A stretch of DNA of 64,000 bases. Origin: a virus. Position 1 is the first letter of the stretch. The number at the start of each line of letters is the position of its first letter. Under the pieces are notes generated by a model. The model made no database searches. It was not told where the DNA came from and worked only from the letters and a program-made list of their open reading frames with translations. The DNA is taken from IMG/VR virus record IMGVR_UViG_3300044980_000010, positions 39,947 to 103,946 of that record; one strand, given 5' to 3'. Positions 55,435-60,955 of the stretch are shown here, one piece after another. The translations under genes and the position numbers were made by a program.

Positions 55435-57110
55435 CCCTGATCCTGCTTTCCCATCCACACGGGTTGTTCCGGTGGTCTGAATGATGCGGTCCTGTTCGCA
55501 GCTTCAGCGTCCAGTTTCATCTTCAAAAAGTGTGCGGCCAGAGGATCAGTCTTTTTCAGCTTATCGACTCGCTCTTTCTCTGCTTGTGCGGCTGGCTTCT
55601 TGCGTGCGGCTAGGTGTCCGTACAATCCGTAACGGAAACCGTCGTAGCAGTCGTCGCCTTTAGCATCGACTTTGAGCACGTCATCAAGTAGGTCTGGGTT
55701 TCGCATCAACGACGGGATTGCAAGAATGATTTCCTTGCAGGTGTCGAGGATTACTAGCTCACCCTTCTTAATGGCGTTGTACATCAGGGACGCGGAACCG
55801 ATACGATCTCGCGTAGCTGACGTGACTGGCGGGAGTCCCACTTGCTTCAACGCTCGTGAGTACTCATCCGCAGGTGTTCTGTTGTCCATCTGGCGATTGA
55901 ACTTTTCGTGAGAGAAGTAAATCGCGTTCAGTTTGACGGGTTGACCGTTAGGGAGGTGGCATTTCGATTTGATGAGAGATGCTAACTCATCCATCGTTTT
56001 TCCACCCGTCACTACCAGTTCAGCAAAACACACAGTCTTGAGTCTGTAGTTTTCTCCAACTGAGTCCTTGACCATCGCCTTTGTGAATAGATAAGTGGCG
56101 TTGGCGTGCTGCATTCCCCAGTCTTCTCCTGCCCACACTGGCTGGTAGTCTTGCCAGACGATTGAGTCAGGGTCTTCTCTGAGGTTGATTACGTGGTAAG
56201 AAGGATCGAAGCAGTCGAAGTATTGTCCCTCGACAGAACCATCGTACCCGTATAGAACTTTGTCGCGCTTCGCCTTCGGCATCGACATGAGACGTGCGAT
56301 GATGCCGGGGTCGCGTGCGAGCAGTTCTGGGTTGTCCATTACTGTCGAACGCTGATAGGCGTATTTGCTTGGGTCATAAATCTTGACCCACTCACCAGAT
56401 TCCTGAACCCACCATGTGCCATCCACAGGATCGCGCTTGGCTTCCTCGCCGGGATTCCAAGGCTCCTGCTGTACAAACAAGGTGCGGTAGTATTCGTAGT
56501 GAGGGCCTAACGGGTTTGTGCAGCCCACGATTGCCGGGATGGGCAGGTTACCTGCTTCATCTCTCTCGCAACCTGCGTTGACGATGTTTCTGGAGTAGAG
56601 CATCATCCATGCATCGGGTGAGAACTGTCCACACTCGTCAACGAGAATAGCTGGGTACGCTTGGCCTAAGTACTGCTCGATGTCTCGATCTTTGTTGTTC
56701 TGACAGTGACCGAACACGATGCGCGATCCATTCTTCAACGTCGCTACGTGCTTTGTTTGGTCGTAGTCATATAGTTCCGGTGGCATGAAGGTTTTGAAAT
56801 CTGAGATAGCACCAGACTCCAACTCCTTAAACGTACGCCGCAGCACAAGCAGGTTGCAGTTATTCCACTGCAAGCAGTAGTGCATCACGAAGTACATTAA
56901 CCAACCACACGTTTTGCCTGAACGGATGCCGCCAGTACTGAGGCACTGTTCTGCCGCAGGCTGTACGTACACTTTGCCGTTACGCATCACGTTCCGTAGC
57001 AGTTCTGTCTGCTTCGCTTGGAACCTGAAAATCTTGTCAAAGTTCAGCGTCCCGTCCGCGTTCAGGTACGGCTTTGTTTCTACCGCGTCTGTAATCTTTT
57101 TTCGGGGCAC
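55431..57110 (-). CDS. terL: Terminase large subunit
   Basis: GGIRSGKT, LRRTF.EL, ILVDE, CTNPLG, DWG, DDCYDGFRY. Confidence 0.92.
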   Translation of the reverse strand: MPRKKITDAVETKPYLNADGTLNFDKIFRFQAKQTELLRNVMRNGKVYVQPAAEQCLSTGGIRSGKTCGWLMYFVMHYCLQWNNCNLLVLRRTFKELESGAISDFKTFMPPELYDYDQTKHVATLKNGSRIVFGHCQNNKDRDIEQYLGQAYPAILVDECGQFSPDAWMMLYSRNIVNAGCERDEAGNLPIPAIVGCTNPLGPHYEYYRTLFVQQEPWNPGEEAKRDPVDGTWWVQESGEWVKIYDPSKYAYQRSTVMDNPELLARDPGIIARLMSMPKAKRDKVLYGYDGSVEGQYFDCFDPSYHVINLREDPDSIVWQDYQPVWAGEDWGMQHANATYLFTKAMVKDSVGENYRLKTVCFAELVVTGGKTMDELASLIKSKCHLPNGQPVKLNAIYFSHEKFNRQMDNRTPADEYSRALKQVGLPPVTSATRDRIGSASLMYNAIKKGELVILDTCKEIILAIPSLMRNPDLLDDVLKVDAKGDDCYDGFRYGLYGHLAARKKPAAQAEKERVDKLKKTDPLAAHFLKMKLDAEAANRTASFRPPEQPVWMGKQDQG

Positions 57111-57120
57111 TGAGTTGCCT

Positions 57121-57630
57121 CTAGTTCTGTTGGATGACCACAGCGTCTACGAACGACGGCTGAGTCTTCTCTGCCAGCTTCTTGCTTTCGTCCACTACTT
57201 GTGGGTGCATGAGTTCTGGTGAGACAACGATGATCGTCTTCACGGGTTGATTCGTGAGTTTGTCTAACTCCTGCTCTGAGGGTGCAGGTTTTCCGAGTGC
57301 GCTGAGTCGCATAATCTCGAATGCTTTTACTGCCGCCATCATTGCCTTTGGATCGTCGCTGTCATTCTGAGCGATGCGGACGATGTTCAAAAAGGCATGC
57401 ATGTACTCCGTGAGTCCTTCTTTGGTTGGACTCGCTGAGTTTAGAAGTTTGCGCTCTGCGCGTGTGAACTCTATCGTGGGGAGCAGGGGCTTCGGCTTCT
57501 TTGCGAAGGTGCCTCCTTTGGTCCTCACCATCTCTCGTGTTCCGCCTTCTTTGGTCTTGACGATAACGAGTGATGTCTCAGGCGGGGTTGATTCCGCCTG
57601 AGTTTTATCTTTTGCTACTGAGTCCGGCAT
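57121..57630 (-). CDS. Putative terminase small subunit
   Basis: Immediately upstream of terL; GGTFAK, GKP. Confidence 0.5.
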   Translation of the reverse strand: MPDSVAKDKTQAESTPPETSLVIVKTKEGGTREMVRTKGGTFAKKPKPLLPTIEFTRAERKLLNSASPTKEGLTEYMHAFLNIVRIAQNDSDDPKAMMAAVKAFEIMRLSALGKPAPSEQELDKLTNQPVKTIIVVSPELMHPQVVDESKKLAEKTQPSFVDAVVIQQN

Positions 57631-57638
57631 GGTGCTCC

Positions 57639-58088
57639 TTACAGTTTCTTGAACACATTGACTGCGCCGTCAAACACGTACTCGGCTTTGCTGAGACCGT
57701 ACTTCACGAACAGGTTCTCCACAAACTCCGTGTAGGCTTTCGACTTTGCATCCGCGATCTTCTGGAGGCGCTGGATTTCCATCTGCGCTTTCAGGAACTC
57801 CAGTTCCGCTTCACGAAGGAACAACTTCTCATCCGTGACGACGTTGACCAGAGCGGCCTTCACTTTCTCTTCGACCTTCTCTACAACCGCGACTGCTTCG
57901 CCTTCGACTTTCTTGGCTTCGGCCACAACGGCTGCGGCTACGGTCTTCACTTCGCCTTCAGCGGCTGCGACGGTTCCTTCTACGGCCTTTTCGACTTCGC
58001 TGGTCTTCGTTTCAACTTCAGTCTCGACGGTTTTGACTTCTCCGGCGACGGCTGCTTCTGCTGCCTTCACTTCGGTTTCGATGCTCAT
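57639..58088 (-). CDS. Acidic V/A/E-rich coiled-coil protein
   Basis: AAGGAG RBS; low-complexity N-terminus. Confidence 0.7.
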   Translation of the reverse strand: MSIETEVKAAEAAVAGEVKTVETEVETKTSEVEKAVEGTVAAAEGEVKTVAAAVVAEAKKVEGEAVAVVEKVEEKVKAALVNVVTDEKLFLREAELEFLKAQMEIQRLQKIADAKSKAYTEFVENLFVKYGLSKAEYVFDGAVNVFKKL

Positions 58089-58109
58089 TCTGAGTCTCCT
58101 TGTGTTTTA

Positions 58110-58526
58110 TTAGAAGAGCGTAACGCCCTTCCGTACCGCACCTTTCCTGAACAAACCCCGTGCAGTAAGGGTCTCGTGCCAATCTGAAAACGCTTTTCCG
58201 TGCTCGTCGCGGTTGTCTGTCGCAACATGTACCATCTCGTGCGCCAGAGTGTTAAGGACTGCGGTGAGTCCGGGGTTCTTAGGTTTGCTGATCACGATGA
58301 TCCATTTGTGTCGGCCTTCTCCCGGCCACAGCCACCCGAAGTATTTCTTATCACAGCCTTCTTCTTCAAGGTTGTCTTGCTCGTTCGCCCAGCGCACGCA
58401 TACGTTGCTTGGCAATACGTCGAAGAAAAATCTGTGCCTGATGAGGTTGTACCAACGCTTGAGACTTTTAGTGGATCGCACTGCTCTGTCCCCAGCCCAC
58501 AGCGTCTTCGACGCATTCGGGTCCAT
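58110..58526 (-). CDS. SprT-like zinc metalloprotease
   Basis: NTLAHEMVH...HGKAF. Confidence 0.75.
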   Translation of the reverse strand: MDPNASKTLWAGDRAVRSTKSLKRWYNLIRHRFFFDVLPSNVCVRWANEQDNLEEEGCDKKYFGWLWPGEGRHKWIIVISKPKNPGLTAVLNTLAHEMVHVATDNRDEHGKAFSDWHETLTARGLFRKGAVRKGVTLF

Positions 58527-58531
58527 AAACG

Positions 58532-58561
58532 ACAAAACCCACACCTCGAAAGGTGTGGGTT
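58532..58561 (-). terminator. Intrinsic terminator
   Basis: AACCCACACCT-TTCG-AGGTGTGGGTT-TTGT. Confidence 0.85.
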
Positions 58562-58572
58562 AGATTTGTTAC

Positions 58573-59042
58573 GCAAAGGAGATCGCTTTCGCGCCCTCCA
58601 AGCTAAGAATGTTTCCTGTTACCAGCCAGAGGTGCTTCGCCAGCACTTGGTCTCACATAGTTTTCGGGACAGGGTACTCCCGATAGGAGAGTGACTAACG
58701 GCTCTGCGCGAACTCTTTGCGGATACGCCGCGTGAGGATCGCTGCCGCTTCATCTCAACGCCCTTTCGTACGCTCCGGGTCCAGAGCACAGATTCAGTTG
58801 GCCTCGGCGGAATCTTTACGCCTTGTGCAGCACCGTGGGTGATCTTTCCCAGCAACTGCTGCGTGCATGCTTACGGTGAACCGAGGTTAGCTCCTGCCGG
58901 AGTATCGACTGTCACTCAACATGCTTGCGCGTTCATCACGCGACTTTCGATGTATGCCTCTACCTCGGAGTGAGGTGCGTGCCAGACTACACCAACATCG
59001 AATATCTTTGGGAGCCGATTGCTCGACTGTTGCCTCCTTTGC
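58573..59042 (-). ncRNA. Large (~470 nt) ornate structured RNA candidate, ROOL/GOLLD-class
   Basis: No credible ORF; 9-bp closing helix GCAAAGGAG/CTCCTTTGC; GNRA loops; lies between tRNA-Asn and a terminator. Confidence 0.65.
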
Positions 59043-59076
59043 TTTCGCATTGGACCCACTCTTGGTACTAAACTTT

Positions 59077-59152
59077 TGGCTGGCCCCAGAGGTCTCGAAC
59101 CTCCACCACACGTGTTAACAGCACGTTGCTCTGCCGATTAAGCTAGAGGCCA
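59077..59152 (-). tRNA. tRNA-Asn(GTT)
   Basis: ACGTG-CTGTTAA-CACGT, U1-A72, G73, CCA. Confidence 0.9.
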
Positions 59153-59439
59153 TCCTCTACTTCACGATGACAGTTCGCGCAGATAAGAACACATTTCTTC
59201 GCCTCTGCTAAAAGTCTGGACCAACTGTAGGTCAAGCCCTCAGAGCATATCGCAAAAGATTTGTCTTCAGGATTCGTGTGATGAAACTCCAGTGCTCTCC
59301 AACACCTGCTATATCCACAGATGCTGCATTTGCCACCGAACAGTTCCTTCAACTTCCTAATCTTGTTCTTCCTCCACCGCTGAACGTTCTCAGTCAACTT
59401 CTTTTTCTGTTCAGGTGAAGAATCTTTCCATCTAGACAT
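59143..59439 (-). CDS. HNH endonuclease
   Basis: GGKCSICGY...ALEFHH..P..K...KCVLICANCHRE. Confidence 0.88.
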   Translation of the reverse strand: MSRWKDSSPEQKKKLTENVQRWRKNKIRKLKELFGGKCSICGYSRCWRALEFHHTNPEDKSFAICSEGLTYSWSRLLAEAKKCVLICANCHREVEDGL

Positions 59440-59534
59440 CGAAACACCTTTCTTCGATGCCTGCCGTCACAGCCACTCGGTTTGAGTCCGAGAACTCACC
59501 ACGCTCCGTTCGTTAGTCGGAGCACTTCAATCTT

Positions 59535-59614
59535 TGGTCGGCTGGGCGAGGGGCGTGTCTCGCATACGTCCGGCCCATCGCCGGATGCTTACCACATATT
59601 CAGCTACTCAGCCG
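59535..59614 (-). ncRNA. tRNA-like cloverleaf with CCA but non-canonical loops (Pro-derived?)
   Basis: CGGCTG/CAGCCG-A-CCA, TCCGG/CCGGA, GCGAG/CTCGC; T loop ACACGCCC. Confidence 0.6.
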
Positions 59615-59795
59615 TCATAAACTTTATCGGTGGATTATTGTACCGTTCGCCACCGTTGACGTGTTTTCCCCTGTCCGCACAGGGCCGCTTAGGTATACAC
59701 GCTTGCAACTCAAACTCTGCCTCGCCTCCTCACGGACTGGCTGGGCGTCAGGCTTCGGCTATGGCGCTTTCACGCGAGCCGTCTGAAGCTAAGAC

Positions 59796-59930
59796 ATCAA
59801 GGGGAATGCTCTACCAGACTGAGCTACGTCGCGCATCCGCGAGTCCGCGTTGCTCTCGCTTTAACGGGAGACATTGGATGCTGGAGGCGACGACAGGATT
59901 TGAACCTGCGACCTTTCCCAGATCGTTGAC
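59796..59930 (-). ncRNA. Circularly permuted tRNA-like RNA (YrlA/Y-RNA-like)
   Basis: T-arm plus acceptor 3' strand plus CCA (59919-59882) precede the acceptor 5' strand plus D-arm (59833-59802). Confidence 0.75.
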
Positions 59931-59947
59931 CATTTCTGGTCGAACTT

Positions 59948-60021
59948 TGGTGGACCCTAAGGGAATCGAACCCATATTCGCCGCGTGCAAGGCGGCAGTC
60001 CTCCCGTTAAACGAAAGGCCC
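59948..60021 (-). tRNA. tRNA-Ala(TGC)
   Basis: GCCGC-CTTGCAC-GCGGC, G3-U70, CCA. Confidence 0.9.
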
Positions 60022-60304
60022 ACGTGTAAACTTTTAATGAGTGCGCGACGAAGGCCGCTAGGGCAACAACGTCGCGCTCCTCGGTGCATCTATGTCGTAT
60101 GCGTCTCTTTGGTTGCGCTAGACTGATGCAAACTTTGGACGTGGCGGCTTGTTGCGCCGCCTGCTGTACAGCTACGTCTCAGTGATCTCTATGCCGGGGC
60201 CTCACTACTCTGAAAGGAGAATGACAGAGGAGACCCCGGCGTGCTTCGCGGCATTACGCCGCAGGTGCGGAAGAGAACTTGGCCGTGTTTTTCGGCTCAC
60301 ATCC

Positions 60305-60333
60305 AGTATACAGCCAGCCACCATCATTGTCAA
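60305..60333 (-). promoter_or_regulatory. Near-consensus sigma70 promoter driving the RNA array
   Basis: TTGACA-17-TATACT. Confidence 0.85.
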
Positions 60334-60473
60334 GCACAAAGTTTCTCAGGTTGAGACATGTCGGCGGCGCAGGATATTTCGGACATGCTTTTTAGGACCG
60401 CAGCGTTTATTTTCAATGACTTGTGTGAACCATCTCGACCGTAAGTCTGCGTTCTAAAGAACTTAACCCCGGT

Positions 60474-60502
60474 TTGACAGGTTGGGAAACGCATGATACT
60501 CT
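60474..60502 (+). promoter_or_regulatory. Divergent sigma70 promoter
   Basis: TTGACA-17-TACTCT with TGn extension. Confidence 0.6.
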
Positions 60503-60614
60503 AATCCTGTCCCTCCCCGGCAGACACTATGCATGTACTAGCAGGGTCATAACTTAGACCCTTTTGAACCCTTTATTATCAATCTGTTAGAGGATTACTG
60601 GGATTGCTAAGTCA

Positions 60615-60881
60615 TTGAAAGGAAAGGCAACATATAAGCTGATGACTGCAAAAGAGCGGCAAACCCGCAGCAAACACAGGCAGAAGCTGGGATTGAAGCT
60701 GGCTCTCTGGCGGCAGCGCGTGAAGGACATGGAAGTCGCGCTAGCCCGAGGTGCGCCGGACGCTGCAAAGAAGATGGCCTTCTGTCGGCAGGAACAGGCG
60801 AAGGCCGAGAAGGCCCTGAGAAATCTCGAAGTCGGTGTCCGGCTCCAGCGCGTCTGGGCTAGCGGAACTTCCGACATGTGA
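60615..60881 (+). CDS. Small basic hypothetical protein (start uncertain, ATG 60642 possible)
   Basis: First ORF after the promoter. Confidence 0.5.
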   Translation: MKGKATYKLMTAKERQTRSKHRQKLGLKLALWRQRVKDMEVALARGAPDAAKKMAFCRQEQAKAEKALRNLEVGVRLQRVWASGTSDM

Positions 60882-60883
60882 TC

Positions 60884-60902
60884 CGTCCCCAACTTGGGGA
60901 CG
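60884..60902. repeat. 19-bp palindrome, copy 2
   Basis: Identical to 14442-14460. Confidence 0.85.
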
Positions 60903-60920
60903 CATACCCACCCACACCAT

Positions 60921-60949
60921 TTCCCAAAAGTCAACTAGGAGTGTACAAT
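60921..60949 (+). promoter_or_regulatory. Possible promoter giving a leaderless polymerase mRNA
   Basis: TTCCCA-17-TACAAT, 6 nt before ATG 60956. Confidence 0.5.
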
Positions 60950-60955
60950 AACTGC

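Noticed and set aside
13515-58096. GACTCA box as a simple GANTC methylation or restriction site
   Set aside because: Fixed position and strand at start codons and AACTCA variants argue against it; not fully excluded
59624-59713. Mini-ORF MSCKRVYLSGPV... resembling a DUF4406 N-terminus
   Set aside because: Only 29 aa with a TTG start, inside hairpin-rich sequence; likely chance
59620-59930. Two-piece tmRNA
   Set aside because: Gene order fits, but there is no G3-U70 or A73, a full D-arm is present, and no credible tag ending in hydrophobic-AA-stop was found
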